A stretch of 64,000 bases of DNA, from positions 26,538,001 through 26,602,000 of the forward strand of contig NC_087252.1 in the NCBI RefSeq assembly GCF_037042905.1, in the 5' to 3' direction. A program made the translations under genes and the position numbers. The number at the start of each line of letters is the position of its first letter. The stretch's first letter is position 1. Shown piece by piece: positions 15,028 to 30,649 of the stretch. This DNA is from Lytechinus pictus. Lineage: Eukaryota. Below the pieces are notes generated by a model. It was not told the DNA's origin. It saw only the letters and a program-made list of their open reading frames with translations, and made no database searches.

Positions 15028-15505
15028 AGGTGGTTTCAGACCGCCTTGAAGTTCGCCAGTTCCAGGTATTCTCTGATCGGGAAATTTACCCCGATCAGAC
15101 AATACCAGGTATTTTGGCGGTGTGAAAGCAAACTACGCGTAATATCCCCGAAAGAAAATACCCGATAAATAGTAGGTACTTGGCGAAATTGCGAGAACTT
15201 TCGCGGGGATTTTTCCAAGGTCGTGGGTATTTTGGCGGTCTGAAAGCAAATTACGGGAACTTTTAGCCCAGCGTGTCGCTGGGTGCGGCGCCGTGCATGG
15301 GTTGCTGCTGGGCTAGTGATTTTGAATTTCGCGCCTTGCTGCTTATCGGACCATACTGCGCATGCTCGTAACTTCAGGAACTTATCCCGAAGGGTATGTT
15401 TCAGGGCGGTGTGAACGCAGGAATAAATAATGGGTATTTTTCAGCCTAAAAAAGTTCTCGTAATTTAACAGGGATTCTTGTGATCGAGGCGGTTTGAAAC
15501 CACCT
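15028..15505. mobile_element. TIR MITE, 3-bp TSD (Harbinger-like)
   Basis: AGGTGGTTTCAGACCGCCT...AGGCGGTTTGAAACCACCT flanked by ACA. Confidence 0.75.
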
Positions 15506-18265
15506 ACAGTGGATTCGCTTTTGTATGTAATTAGCTTCAATGCTCTCTAATTGACCTTGGAGATCCATTGTGCCTTCAAAAAAAAATCTGCCTGTGCAAC
15601 GATAGAAACGTGCCCTACAGAAAAGTAGCCTTGCTCCCAAAATATCAAAATTTAAAACTTGCCCCCCTCCCCTATTCAACAAAAAAATATTGCAAAGAAA
15701 AATTCTTCAATGATTGAAAATTTGAAATACAGGCCTAAACTGCAATTACACACATAAATTAGGGGGCAAGTGAATGGGGGGTACATGTACAGTGTATCTA
15801 ATAATGGAACTCATAATTATCTTCCTATTCAATGCACTCGTTTAAAATTGAACTAAAAAATACATTTCAGACGAGTTCCATTTCATTGCAACAGTTTCAG
15901 TAGAATATACCCACTCGAGACGACACACCACAATCACATTTCGCCTTGGGCCATGCATACAGCACACAGCTGATAACCCAGATGAATCGTGGGAAATTTC
16001 CCATCAATCAATGCAACTATGAATACAGAAATTTGTTATGAAAGGCAAATATTTTGGGTGGGTTCTCCATTCCGATTTTTATTTCTTCAATAAAATGTGT
16101 TAACGTGGCAAAACCATATGTTTGGGGAGAAGGAATAGGGGGGAAATACATGTAGGACATCTGGACACGTTCTCAGATGAGATATCGGAGGTTCACCAAG
16201 CGACGATCGGCGTTCGCTCAGGAGATGCATTTTTCATATTCAACATTGAGGGCAATAATCAGAAAAGAAAATATTTTTAGGCGGAGTGATAACGATGCCA
16301 AATAACTGGTGATTTATCAAAGCCATAACTTAACTAAATCTACAAGCTTTATGCACATTGTATCTCCTTTTCTTTCTTATTTCTTTTAAATCTTAAAAAA
16401 TCAAAATAGGGTTTTCCTCCTATATGTTCCTTTCATCAACACAAGGGACTCAGTTTTATAATAAGAGGGGAGAAATAAAAAGCTATTCTAAAACTTTAAA
16501 GAGCAGTACATTGTACAATGTATATTGTAGGAGGGAGAGCGCTATAAAAAGCTCTTGTTGGACATGGAACTTTACAAGGGGAGCTTTTCTTTTTGACACA
16601 TCACACTTCTAGAATACGAAATACATCCGGTACAGGAAGTATATTTTAATGTCAACTCTTCATATCTACAAATGATCTAGGTAAGGATTTCAATTTTTTT
16701 TAATAGAAAACAGCGAACGAATGAATAAAGAACATTGAAGACCTGTGTATAATTCTGCTAATTAGTGGGTTGCTTTGGACTTGAGCATTTATTATTTTCA
16801 TAAAGTTTTTTTTTCATTCAAAATGATATATCAAACTGAAAATATAAACTCCAATTACTGTGCATTGGGGTATATTGCCCATACAGTAAATGGCTTAATT
16901 TTGCTTTTTGGAACATTCGGGAAATCCCCAAATCAGGGCTCGCTTAACCGGGGCTAAACAAATCTCTTAATTTCTCTATTCCGCTAGGGAACATAAACCC
17001 ATTAAACACTGCTTTCATTCAAAATAATGAATGAAAGAGAATCGTGCAGATTATTACGTATACCATGGTGGTTTTCAACTGCTCCCCCTAACGCTCACTA
17101 ATAATTGTATTTTTCATTCTCTCTATAACGCCAAATTATCGTGAAACCAGGAAACCAATAATGTCGATCAGTCATTGATGGTCGAATACGAAGGTTTGTG
17201 CATGTGGTCAAATGCAAAATCACAACTAATTTGATTAATCGATTCATACAAACAAATTACTGGAAAGCTAAACATCGTCCCTCACTCATGCAAGTCAGAT
17301 CAATTTTGGGGAAAACCCCCTTTTTCCAACACCGGTATGAAATCCCAAGAATAGATTGATTAGCATTTCAATGGAGGGTGAAAATTCAACACCTGTTTGG
17401 CTTGAATCCACGTCCATAGCTTGAGGTATTCAAACCACATATAAAACAGCTCTGATTTTATATAGAAGAGTTTAAAATCTTTCTATTAAAAATACATATA
17501 TATGTACATGTAGGGCCTATAAAACTGAAAATCATCTAACACGGTGACACCGTCAATATTTTTTTCAAAGTACCACCCTAAAGTCGTAACATACAGTACC
17601 TTCGGCAATGCAAAAAAGCTCATAAACTTGTTGGGCAGTCCCGAGCTGATATTTCTAATTAATGATGTATAAATCCCATTGAACAAATCAGGCAAAAAAT
17701 AACCTCGGGGCTGGGGTCAATTTAGCCCCCAAAATACTAAAAAGAGCCCTAGAAACTTTTTATTAAAAAAAAAGAGGGGGGGGGGGCTCTGGAAATACCT
17801 ATTCATCTCAGTGAACAAGGCTTTGATTAGAGTTGCGAAAAGTAGCCCCCCCCCCTCAACAAAAAAAAATTTAGCCTGGAGCAGATCCATACAATCGCAA
17901 ACGCCTTTAGACTATTAGCACTTTATTGAGGAAAAATTACAGAGAAAATGGAGGTTTACAGAGCCACATGTAACTGTCAACTATTACAAGATGACATACC
18001 TGTTTGTCCAACTTTAGAATGCTTGCGTTGTTATCATCTGGATATTTCAATCATGAATGCAAAATGTTCATAAATCTGAAAAGAAAAATATAATGAAAGA
18101 AAAACATTCAGAAAATTTTGTAAACATTGTACATGTTGGTCCTACACTGTACAAATCAATGCACTTGGCATAAAAAATGCAAATGGGCATATTAAAGTAC
18201 ATACATGTATGTATAGGCCTAGACCCTATAAATTTTTTTGAGGCCAGGGTTAAGCTGTCTTCTAA

Positions 18266-18715
18266 GACACCATTCTCACTACCTTCCTAAAAACACTGGG
18301 AACTAGTTTAACGTGTAATGAGAACAGTCGAAGCGATCTTGGAAGCGATCTTCCAAACCAGTTCATAAAACCACCTCGCGATGTAGTTTTCAAGATCGCT
18401 TTGCCTCGTTAAACTGGTTTTAGCGTATTAAAGTATGGAGACACAACTGTTCTTCGGGAAGCAATCTTCGCATATTTTGAGCGCGCAACTCCACACACTG
18501 TGTGTAGAATGCCTACGGTGCGGTTTCAAATTTCGCGCGAAATGTGTCACCCCACTGAGAGTGTTCCCATAGCAACAAGATCGCTTTACGTGAAGTGATT
18601 TTGAAAACCGCTTTCGGGTGATCAAATGGAAACGCTAGCAAAGCAATCTTTCAAACTGGTTTCCTGAACCGATTTCCAGTAAACTAGTTTTAGAAAGCGT
18701 AATGAGAACGGGGTC
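18266..18715. mobile_element. TIR MITE, TAA TSD (Harbinger-like)
   Basis: GACACCATTCTCACTAC...GTAATGAGAACGGGGTC, with internal AAGCGATCTT repeats. Confidence 0.75.
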
Positions 18716-20978
18716 TAATTCTAGCTTCTGACAGAATTTTTCAGAAAACAAATATTTTATGAATACAATAGCTCACAAAAATCTGATTTATTCATCTCCC
18801 CTATCCAAAATATGCCAACTTTTTATATTTTACAGCTCCCTTTTGGATACTAAAATGCCAGAGCAAAGTGCATTTTGGGTTAAACTTTTCCCCCATCAAA
18901 AATCTACTTGAGTCGCAACTGGGATGAAATTTTGTCCCAATAATGATGAAGCCTTCAGACTAAACAAATAGAAGATCTTGGATTTAAAAAAAAAAGGCCA
19001 GTCAAAATTGACCTTTGAACTCGCCAGTGCAGCATCTGAAAGGGCAAAACATTCCACAGCTGTTTGGCTGTAGGTCATGTGAAGGGCAAATGTGAACTGC
19101 AATGCACAGTACAATGTGTATGAACTACACAATAGTGTACATGTGCACTGAGCGCACATAATCCGCAGCCAAACACAGCAGACACCCATACACACAGCAA
19201 CACACACACAGCAGACCACATGGTAAATTATGTAGAAGAATGCACTGGTGTACTGTTCCCTATTACAGGTTATGGGCAGGCTCTTCTCTCTACTTACAAT
19301 CCCCCCTCTGTGGGAAAATGTAGCATCATATTGCAACTGATCACAGAGTGTTGTCATCTTCATTGTTGTCATCAATTTCATCGTCATCTTTGTGATAAGC
19401 ACCCTTTCTCACCTTCTTTTGAACCCCACCCATCCCCCGTGTCTGTCCCAATATCTCCCCCTTATCTCTCTTTCCCATTTGTTGCAGTTTCTACCACTAT
19501 TTTAATCTGTACATTCGTGTGTATGAATGGGATTATTGTCTTTGAACCAGGATAATGTACATAACACTCATATTCTTCCAAATTAACCTTCCTTTCTAAC
19601 CAAAAACTTGCCATTTCTACAATGACATAGCCTACCAGTCCTCCTCTTTCACTTTCTATCTTCCCAACATTCCACTCAACTTGTTGCTCTCTCTCTCTTT
19701 CTTTCATACCTTATTTTCCAACCAAATGTACAAAAGTAAAAAATAGCGCACACACACACAAAATTACACATACTGTATCCGTATATATGTAGCCAGTATC
19801 TCACATTAAAAAATCATAGGGCTCCACAAAGAAAAATGTATTGTAGGCCTAAATTTGAATGACCAGACACCCCAAACAGAAAAACTAAACAATTTTTTGT
19901 TGGTTTGTTTAGAAATATGGACGCAATAAAAGTTCAGTTGTTGATTTTATGAATAAACAACAGTACATGTAGATCTACATTAGATGTATTTTATATCATA
20001 CATGGACATTTACATGAATACCAACATGTCAATGTAGAAGGTAAAAGATATTTTTGTTTTCAATCATGATTCCGAAGATCCAAGTTCAGGCCTTTTAAAC
20101 TGTTTTAGTACGCAAAGTTTGATGACCCTTTTTAGTGCATTTTTTAATTAATCACACAGGACAAAATAAGCTTAATAATCCAGACCCAAATCCTAATGGA
20201 TTGTATCGCAAGCAAACTCAGTCCAGTATGTGTACGTGTTGGATTTTTCAACTATTATCATTTCCTTTTTTGGGGGGGTGTGTGTATTAAAAGACTGATG
20301 CATCACAACTTCCAGAGGGAGTTCGCATGCTTGGTGTAACTCACATCAACAAAGGAACAGATGAGGCCATGTGAATTGCGAAATGGGCTCTTCCCCTGAA
20401 CTGACAAACCAAGCGCAGCTGTACTTTGGAATGAGTAACAGTCAGCTGATTTCTATTTACAGTACATGCAGGTATTCCAGAGCAGAGATGACCTTTGACC
20501 CCCAAGCAATCATTGTTCTTACTTTCTGTTGGTTTTACACATTCAATATACATGTACATGTACATACATGTACTCCAAATGACAAGTTTGTTGCTCTAAG
20601 GACTAATATGGTACATGTACATGCACTAAAGTAGAATGATGACAGATTTCATGAACATGTAATTGATTTTTCTGTCTGAAAACGTAACAGTATTCAACTT
20701 CCCCTAACATGTAATTCCTATCCTTCACAACAGTTTTTGTTTCACAATTGGTACTTCCTCTACAAATTACATTACCATACATTACATGTGCCTGATAAAT
20801 TTGCTTAGTTAATGTTGTATGAATTTCTACTAGCAAATTACAGTTGCAACCCCCCCCCAACCTGCATGCATGTATCCCCCCTCCAAAAAAAAAAAGCTTG
20901 CATAATACTAAAAAGAGAACATATGTCGCATTCTGTGGGGCTTACAGCTGAAATTGGTCATTCGATTTAATAGTCTAA

Positions 20979-21429
20979 TATGCTTTTCACACTGCATTTC
21001 CTTAACCCCATACTATCCTTAACCCCATACTATCTTTTTTTCGATTCACACTGTCTTTCTTTAATAACCCCATACTATCTGCTCAGCCGGGGATAATACA
21101 TTAACCCCGGACTATCCCTCAGCTCATGAATATTGATGATTTTACCATACAGAGCGTGATTAACATGCAATTCGACTTCCGTGATTGGCTAAATGCTTAG
21201 CCCCACTTTCCTTAGCCCTGTTCGTTTTCACACTGCATTCTCTTAGCACCGCAATTGTGGTGCTAGCACCACAATAAGCCGGCTAACCCTGCTTTTTTTG
21301 CAGGGCCAGATAGTACCGTACTATTTACCGTGCTAGCCCACTTTGCTAAATGTAGGGGCTAAGACCCCCCCCCCTTAGCCCCACCAATTTCCCGGGGTTA
21401 AGGAAAAAAAGTGCAGTGTGAAAAGCATA
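20979..21429. mobile_element. TIR MITE, TAA TSD, nested in an older element
   Basis: TATGCTTTTCACACTGCA...TGCAGTGTGAAAAGCATA. The flanks match the TTGCTCCGGCGACAATTGCTC family (3177-3392, 54905-55087). Confidence 0.8.
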
Positions 21430-21530
21430 TAATAGTATGTGGAATTTAGAGCTGAGCAATTGTCGCCGGAGCAAATGTCATTGAACCAGTGTACATGTAC
21501 ATGTAGCTGATAAACTTTGGTCACCTTTTA

Positions 21531-21963
21531 AGCCCCCATCACACTTATTTGGAATCAGCAGGAATCAAGCAGAAGCTGGAAAGAAAAAAATATTCACAAA
21601 ATCTAGAAATTTTTGGGAGGAACTTATGAATTCACCAAACTGGAGTTGAAATTCAGTAAATTGACCAGGTGTATCATCATACACTAGTCAAAATGAACCG
21701 CAATGGAGTCAGATTGATAATTCGTGCTACGTTCTTGGACATTCTGGGGGCATTCTAAATATCCTGACTGCATTCTGAGTGCATTCGAAATATTTTTGTC
21801 ATGATTCTTTTGGCCGTCCCGAAGGTTTTGGTCATGTTCAAAACATTCGAGGGATATTTTCGAACGGTGTTCAAAGTAGATTTAAATGACCAACTGGTGG
21901 TCAAACAATAGTCCTTTCATTCAGGCCAATTCTGCTTGATTTGGAATAAGTGTGATGGGGGCT
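21531..21963. mobile_element. TIR MITE, TTA TSD (Harbinger-like)
   Basis: AGCCCCCATCACACTTAT...ATAAGTGTGATGGGGGCT. Confidence 0.8.
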
Positions 21964-24702
21964 TTACCAAGTCTGGCAGGGAAGAATATTCAATCAGTCA
22001 TGAAACATGACTTTAATACTGTACACGTGTTCATTACATAATGTACATGTTATGTTTAGCAAGTATGACGCAATACCATGATTCAGTCTGAAAGTGTTTT
22101 GGACTTTCCAAGGGATCAAAGCCAACGACATCATCATGACCCGATTTCATCAAACTTGTAAATGATTGCACATTGCAAGCTCCTGTTATAACCTACTGAA
22201 ATCCTGCAATCTGATTGGTCGGGAGTACTTTTCCATCAATTTCTGGCTTTATGAAAGGCAACCGTAAAGGAAATCATGTCATGAGAGTGACACAACTTCC
22301 GGGGAAAGTCTTGTTGACACAAACATAAATCACGCAACGACATGCCTCCGGATTGCGACTTGACAAGTCATTCTATACAATCAGGAAATGCATGTGGGCA
22401 CGCACCAGGAGGCATCGAAGAACAGGATATTGCACAATTGAAGATTTCCCAAACTGCATTAAACATCCTACTTTACATGTACTTGGGCTGAGTTTACCCA
22501 ACACTTTCTACTCTTTTTTTTTTATGTTTCAAACTATCAAACTAAACGTGTTGTTAAATTGTTGTCTTGTTTCATGAAGACTGCAGTGAAAACAAACCAA
22601 AACAGGGGTAGCAAAACAATTATAACGCACTATTTGGATTAAAAATTGTACTAAAAATGCGAAGGGGGCGAACTGCAAATAAATAGCTCAATGAAATAAG
22701 ATTGATATAAATAAAATAAACTAATAAAAATGTACATGCAAATTTAAATCAAAATATCAATAAAAATCAAAAAAGATTAATAACTGATTAGGCCTATGTA
22801 CATGTATTAAAATCACAGATGAAAAATAAAGTAACAAATTACAAAAGTACATGTGTGTACAGTCCAATATAATTCTAAGAAACTCAATCCCCTTTTTGCC
22901 ATATTCTTTCAAGAAAAAAAAAATGATTGTTTAGGCCTACATGTACCATGTAATTCTTAATACTTACATGTACATGTGCAAGTAAAGGTCATAAACAGCA
23001 ACCAATTTCAATAAAAAGAAACACAAAACAATTAAACAAGCATAAAAATGTTCACAAAAATAGTTTATGAAGGTTTTGGCAGTGATGCCATTCATGCGCT
23101 TCCCATTCTCAATGCCTCTTGACAAAACATCTCTCTCACTCATTATCGGTGTAAGTTTTATCTGCGTCATGAAGCAATTTTACAGGAACATTGCAGCTAA
23201 ATGATAGGAAACTTGCTTCACAAAACATAAAACGCAATTTACATACATGTATCTCTATTGTCAAGAGATTTCATGTACAAATATAAAATACACATAAGCA
23301 CTTACTGCACACTGCAGCACACAGAACTCCCAGAGGGGGGATGCCAGTGAATGGAACTTCGTCAACAAAGACAGTCTGTGTGTCTGGCTTGCTTGTGTGC
23401 AGTGGCAATGATGTGATGCAAGCCAAGCCAAGCAAGGTTTAGACATGCACAGAAATGTGCTGCGTTGGTTGAGAAATTATCTTCGCTACTCATTTATTGT
23501 CTCAAACTAAAGCAGAAAGTTCACCCCATTGTCTTCTTCACTCCAGGGGGAAAGTGGAAGCCTTGCTTCTGGGAAGGAAATGACTGGCCTATGGTATTGT
23601 CTTTGCCTAACAAATTAGCAGGGGTCTGTGAGTGTACAGGCCACAGAATATGAATAACTTTCACTATGCTTTCATGCATGGTTTCGAGGTCTATTCTACA
23701 TGTACGTTGTACAGTATATGTATATTAGTTGTGTATTTATATTAAAGAAACAATAGAGGATCTATTAATAGCCAAGACAACCTTGCAATACACAAAGCTC
23801 ACTCAGAGATTAAAGTTTAAGTACTTCTACATTTAAATTTGTTGCGAATATAATGAAGGCCTACGTGTACATGTACATCAATACTACATCTGTACCTCCT
23901 TGAAAACACAATGTCCATGGACATTACAGTTAACACTTTAATAAAAACAATGACTTTACAGTACATTTAACATTACATTTCAGAATGCCATTAGAAACTA
24001 ATTACATTTTGAGTACTATTTTAGTTTCATCTTTAATATTTGTGAGTAACATTATTTTCATCACGTTTTGTGACAATCATTGTCAATTTGATAGATTTCG
24101 CTTTATTAATATAAATAAACTCGTTCTCAAGACAGAATGTAAGAAACTGAAGACACAGGAGAGGTTAAGTTTCTGAATATTCCTTTTTTGTTTGTTTTAT
24201 GAATGGTATACACTGTATGTACATCTAAAATATTTGATATATTATCAGGAAATATAAAAGTTGAGCATTTACAATATTTAAATTGGCAATGCACAACTTT
24301 CTATTAAACATTTCCCACCCAATCACAATTTTTTTTTGCTCACGTTTAGGCCAATCTTACTTCAACAAAATGCAACAAATGATGTACGATACATGTACAT
24401 GTACAAAATATACATGTACATGTATAGGGTCTATGCAAATCCTGAAGAAAAAAAATCAGTCTCAAACTGTTTGCCTTTTTCATGTAAATTTACTCTAGGA
24501 GAGGCTGTTTTGCTAACCCCCAAATTGAGTTTTGATGGAAAAGTCAATGTGTTCAACCAAGGGCATCGGATGTCCGCTACCCTTGTAGCAACAAAGGAGA
24601 GGAAGAGAAAAGGGAAAGTGACTCGGAAGCTTGACAACAATTAAAACCATGTACATCATGGATGGGGTGGAAAGCTCGAGCGATGACACGGGAGAGAGGT
24701 CA

Positions 24703-25104
24703 CAGGGTTCCCAGCTTTTCAAGAAAACAAAATTCCCTGATATTTTCCCTGATGAAGTTTAGAAATTCCCTGATAATAAACCCATTCCCAGTTTTGCATG
24801 TTTTCTATAAAGTTGTTGCAGTGAATTACATGTTTAAAAAAAACACAAAAAAACACAAAAAACCGCCAAAACCAGTCATTCAATGGTTGATGTTTTGATA
24901 TGCAACAAAATTAAAATATAACACTCTGACTGACTACCGTGCTTTCGACTTTGGGGCCAATCAAAATTCCCTGATTTTTTCCTTCATTTGAGGCATTTTC
25001 CCCTGATTTGAGGTATTTTTAAAATCAAATTCCCTGATTTTTCCCTGACTGGAAAAAAGTAAAATAATTTTCCCTGATCTCCCTGAGGGCTGGGGGGAAC
25101 CCTG
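24703..25104. mobile_element. hAT-like MITE with TTCCCTGA subterminal repeats
   Basis: CAGGGTTCCC...GGGAACCCTG termini and repeated TTCCCTGA; the TSD is degenerate. Confidence 0.65.
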
Positions 25105-28100
25105 GAGGTGAGAGAACATGAGAAAGGGAAAATGAAAGACACAACGCACTAGGAGTTACAACCCTCCTGTACAACAAGTAAAAAAAAAACATAAATGTAC
25201 ATGTACTGTATGTTCAGGGGCAACTTTTACAAAAACCTACTGCCTATTCTGCAACATGTACATTGGAAAAGCTTTAAACATTTGACACAGAGAATGGGGT
25301 CTAATTTCAGGGGCTCTTTTTTTAATTATCAGGGCTCTTTTGAGGATTTCAGGGGCAAAATCGCCCTGAGCCTGTGTATTGTTATTTTCTCTGATGTACA
25401 TACATGTACATGTGCATGTAACAAAATAAAGGGGAAAAATATACAATAGATATACAAGTACATGTACATGTATAGAGAGAGAGAGACAGACAGACAGAAA
25501 GGTACATGTAGAGAGTGGAGTTGGCAAGAAAAAGAGGGAAAGGGAGAGATACATGCAGGCTGGATACATGTAAAGGAAAAGAAATGAGAAAAGGTAACTG
25601 TAGGAGTAACAAAAGGAATGACACACCTGTGGTCATCATAAATAAATCTTACAATGTAGGCAGGGCGAGGATTCAAATATTCCCAGAAAAAACACCCACT
25701 CCCATTGCAAAGAATTGAAAGGGTCCACCAATTCCTATTGAATTGAACAAATGATTCATCTGCACTATAGCCTATGGATGATGACTATTAAATTATATGT
25801 TTATTGTAGATAAAGCCTGTTATCATGAACACCCATACATGTACACACCCTCAAATACTAAAGACTTCACTAAAAATTACTTATAAAGGGCATTTAAGAA
25901 CTCTGGACCTCATCCCCCACCCCTTTCCCAGAAGAAAAAAAATCATTATCCTGCTACATGTACATGTACTTACAGAGATAATGTAAACCACTCGACACAA
26001 AAAATACTTTAAAAGGTCATTTTACATGTAAGAACTCGGAACCTCATCCCCCATCCCCCCCCCCAAGAAAAAAAAATCATTACCCTGCTACAGTACAAGT
26101 ATCACAATGAAATAATTTGCACAATTTACATCTTGCAGCTCAAGTGATGGTACATATAATACAGTATAAATTGGCACATTAAAAATATGGGACTGAGAAA
26201 ATGCAAGTGCAAAGTACATGTAAATACATCCCTTCCTACATGTACATGTACACATAAGTTTTGTTTTGAGCATTCCCTTATTAAAGAACAAATAGTTCAG
26301 TAAATTGTACAGTACAGGGTTAGAAAATACCAGTGTAAAGAGGGCCCCTCTGGTCTTTATATACAAGACAACAATACTACTGTACATGTACTTCCCTATT
26401 CCTGTTTTGGTGGAGAAAAGGGAAAAATTCCTATAAAATCTGTTTTTCGAAACGATTGATCAGAAGTCAACCTGCTCTTTGCTGGAATATACATGTACAG
26501 TGTATATTAACACCTACTGTATATGTACATGTATGAGGAAGAAAAATATCACAGCTCAAGAACAAAGTAAAATCACAAATGAGCTACCTGTACATGTACT
26601 TTACTGTGTAAATCTGTAACTTCTTGAGAAAGAACTCCAACATCAATTGGTTTGGGGGGCAGTAAATTTTCAAGTGATTGTGATGTAAGGGCAACAAAAT
26701 ATGTTGACAGCAAATTGTTGTTACATACATGTACAGGGTACATGTAAAATCTGATAACTTTTTCCAAAACTATATTTTTAAAAATCCTATTTATTCAAAA
26801 CTGGATACTGAGAATCAATCTCTGAGAATGATTTGTACAATATCATTTGCAATATGAAAATTTTACATGAAAGTCACAAAACTCATGAAAATCACACCAC
26901 TGTCATAAATCTGTACTGTGCATTCGATCAATAAACACAAAGTACAACACATTTCTACACACAAAACATATTTTGGAGGACTCCAGTCAAGCAGTGAGGA
27001 ATGTCTAGTCAAACACCAGTCCATTTTTTCTCCACTTTGAAAAGTTAAGATCCTTTTTATGTTTCATCTCCGAACAGATTCTGCATTTAATAAAAGGAAT
27101 GGGGCATTTTTATTCCCTTTCAAGAATAACAAACTGACAGGATCTCCAAATTCTGGCTCTGGCTGGCGTTTCAATGACAGCAAAATCATTCTAATCTATT
27201 CATTGCATTGTGAACAATCTTGGATAGCTGACTTCATGTCTGAGACGAAGTAATGTATCACTTCATAATGTTAGCATCATGCGTAAACAAAATCAGAATA
27301 ACTTTTCCATTACTTTTCCACTGTAAATGTGCTGGTGTAGTCTATAAATTAAAATCCTTTTAAAATGTTCCAATCCTTTGTTAGGGCTTTTTGATATCAT
27401 TAGGAATTTCTTACATGTACTTCCGATTTTCTTTCATATTAAAATTACATTTCATCATTTATCTTGTATTGATTCTGTTAATGTGGCTAATAAAAATGGA
27501 AATCATGACAAGGAAATGTAATTTCCAATATTCAATTATTCATCCCCTCCTAATTCTCTCTCTCTCTCTCCAATGTGCCAACCACATGATAGAATTTTGA
27601 CAGTTTGACAGTATAATGTATGCGTTTAGACCAGTAGACTTCCATCGTTTACAAGGTAAAATCAAAACAATCCTTGTACTCGTGTTGCCTTTTTTTTCTT
27701 AGTAAGAAAGTACTTATGTGTACATTATACATGTAGCAAAAATGTATTAAAAAGGAGTTAAAGAAGCAAAAATATTGTTAAAATGTATCCTCTTTATCGA
27801 AATATTGAACTGATCTCTACATTAAAATGTACATGAATATCAGGGAAGAGTTTACACAGCGGCTCGGGGCAATTTCATCCTCCCCCCCAAAAAAAAAAAT
27901 GCTCAGAATCCTGGAAAATCCTCATTTACTGCAATGTCAAAAGTTTCTCCAATATTGTAGGTTTACGTTGTATGTTGTGAAAAAGGAGCCCCTGTAAACA
28001 AAACAAAGTCTTTTTTTTGGGGGGGGGGCCTGATGTAGATACAGCATCTTCACTCACAGCTGCACAAAATAAGGTACTGGTATTAGAGGCAAACCTTTAT

Positions 28101-28330
28101 TAAAACCTGTTTCGTTTGTTTCTCTTTAAATGAAGCTGGTATTACTCAAAGAGTCTGAACAGGGTTTGAATACAAATTGGTAATATCCTGTTGAGAGGTG
28201 TCAAGTTAATTAGGACCAATGAATCTGATTAGATAAAAGTGGGAACGCATATTCATGACATGAACATGGAGCGAATTCTTGTCAACATGTATCATGGTCC
28301 CAGACCGATATACATGTACACTGACCCCTG

Positions 28331-28475
28331 GGGCCCGTTGCAGAAAGAGTTGCGTTTAAACGCAAGCCAAAAAATCAATCGCAAGTCCCAAATGCGCACT
28401 GTTGATTGGTTGAAAATCAAGTTACGCATGATTTTTAGAGTTGCGACTGATTGCAACTGTTTCTGCAACAGGCCC
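28331..28475. mobile_element. Short related Harbinger-like MITE
   Basis: GGGCCCGTTGCAGAAA...TTTCTGCAACAGGCCC with CTG TSD; a decayed copy lies at ~3946-4081. Confidence 0.75.
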
Positions 28476-30649
28476 CTGTACAGTAAAAAGTACAGGTACA
28501 TGTGGGCCTACATGTAAACTGTAACGCTTTTAGTTTAATACATGTATGTCAATCGTTCACATGGAGAATTGGGGACCAGGGGCCAGTGACACAAAGCTTC
28601 GCAATGATCATAGAACATTTTTTACGATGTACAATCAATTGTGAAAAACCAAGCTTATGATTAAATGCTAACCTTTGTGTTAAGGGACCCAGCCAATGTT
28701 TTTTTTTTTTACTTCTATTTTTTAATTTTTGGGGGCTACTTTCACAACCTACTGCTGCCTAAATCTGCAACATTGGGTAAGATTTGACACTGCAGTGACT
28801 GGGGATTTTCGGGGGCTCTTTTTGAGCAGTTTTGGGTGAAATCTCCTCAAGCACTCACATATATTTTCTCTTGTGGGAGACTACAATGTATGTAGCAAAA
28901 ACAATGAAAATGTTTATCACTGCGGTGCACTTTTCTTCTCTTTTTTTGTCAACAAATAAAATTTTACTGAATTGGACAGGAATCATCAAATCAACAGAGG
29001 ACAAAGAAATAATATGGAAGTCTTTCATTTAGATAAATTTGCTACATTTTGTTAAAATTCAAATTCAATAATGAAGAGAGGTTTTCTTTTCTCACATTAT
29101 TACATGTAAATGTAACTGTAATTGTACTTGTACATTGTACACCATGGAAAATGCATGATGCATTAGAACAGGATCATACAGTAACCAACCGAAGAAACTG
29201 GAGCCACCATGAAGCAAAAAGTGAGCAGAAATTGCACAATTAATTTCTTCCGAAAGAAGAAGAGCGCAATCAACCCTTAGTCTCGATTGGCAGACCAAAC
29301 TCATCAACTTTCCTGAAGAAATAAAATGTGTACTCGACAACCTCTGACCATGGGTTATGCAGTAAAGGATGACAATATTCTCTATATTGTACGCAAATTG
29401 CCAGTCTAAGTTAACAGACTCTGAGCTACATGTAGGTGAAATGCCCAGTTGATATGACCCAAGATGTGCTCAACAGTAGCTTGTAGAGACTAACCATTTT
29501 TTTTTTCTTTTATCATCTTTAGAAGTGTAGCAGGCTGGGTACAGACCTGATTCATTTCCGATGCGTTAGCGGGCCGGGAACGGAAGGGATTAATCCCGGC
29601 TCCCCTTTTCGGTGATTCAATCTGGCTCATTAAGTCGGTGGGTTACGAGACGAAGTAAGAGAGGGGACATCCAAGGCCAAGTATCGCATAGACCGGCAGT
29701 CATCACAACACGGAGAAACTTCAGATGCACAAATGAAGAATAATTCCTTTCATTCAAACCAATGGTCGTTAGTTCAGAAATCATATCAATCATTTTCTAT
29801 GCAACGATATACATGTAGTACAAGTACTTTAGATTTATACAAAGACACAACCAAGGCATACATTGTACGGGTCCTTCATATATATAGCAATAGAAAAGAA
29901 TATTTTTTTTAATTGATAATTTATTCTTTCAGTCAAGAATATTTTAAATATCATATTTAATAGTTGTCTTTCTCCACGAAACAATTTTTTTCTTCCTTTT
30001 TTCATAAACTGTACATGTATGATGAACAGGCTGTGATATTCTTGCAAACATTTATGAAAGTCTTGTTTCTACAAAGCATACAAATAGTAGACAGTAACAT
30101 TGTAAGGAATCCCAGTTCTGTAGCCTAATGTAACAGTACCACTACAATGTAGTGTTTCTGCAAAAAGATTGTACTAAACACAAGTCATTTTTTTCTTGTA
30201 AAGTTTCTCAAGGATTTAAATTTACTCTTGTCAAAAAATTGATGAAACCATTTCTCAATATAAATAACAATCTTAAGTCCTACCAATTCAACTGTTTACA
30301 GGGACTGGTAGTTACTTTTTTTTATGCTTGTCAAGAATTTATCTCAATGTACAGTGTAAACAAACTTTTTTGTTAGAAATTATATTGAACAATCTTCAAA
30401 TCAGGCAACAAATTATCTTCATATTTTCAGGGGCTACCCTTTCAATTTACTGCCCAGATCTGCAACATTGGATAAGCTTTACCATGGCATTACAATGAAT
30501 GGGGATTTCCAGAGCCCCTATTTTGAATTTTTAGGGCTCTTTTGAGCATTTCGGGGGCTCAATCGCCCCAAGCCTCAGTGTAATTTTTTCCCCTGCTTCA
30601 AATGACTGTTGGGGGTTGCGGAGAAGGGGGTGAAACCGCTGAAACTCAC

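Noticed and set aside
18896..19402. 168-aa minus-strand ORF
   Set aside because: Low-complexity, CA-repeat-influenced composition, with no splice or domain support.
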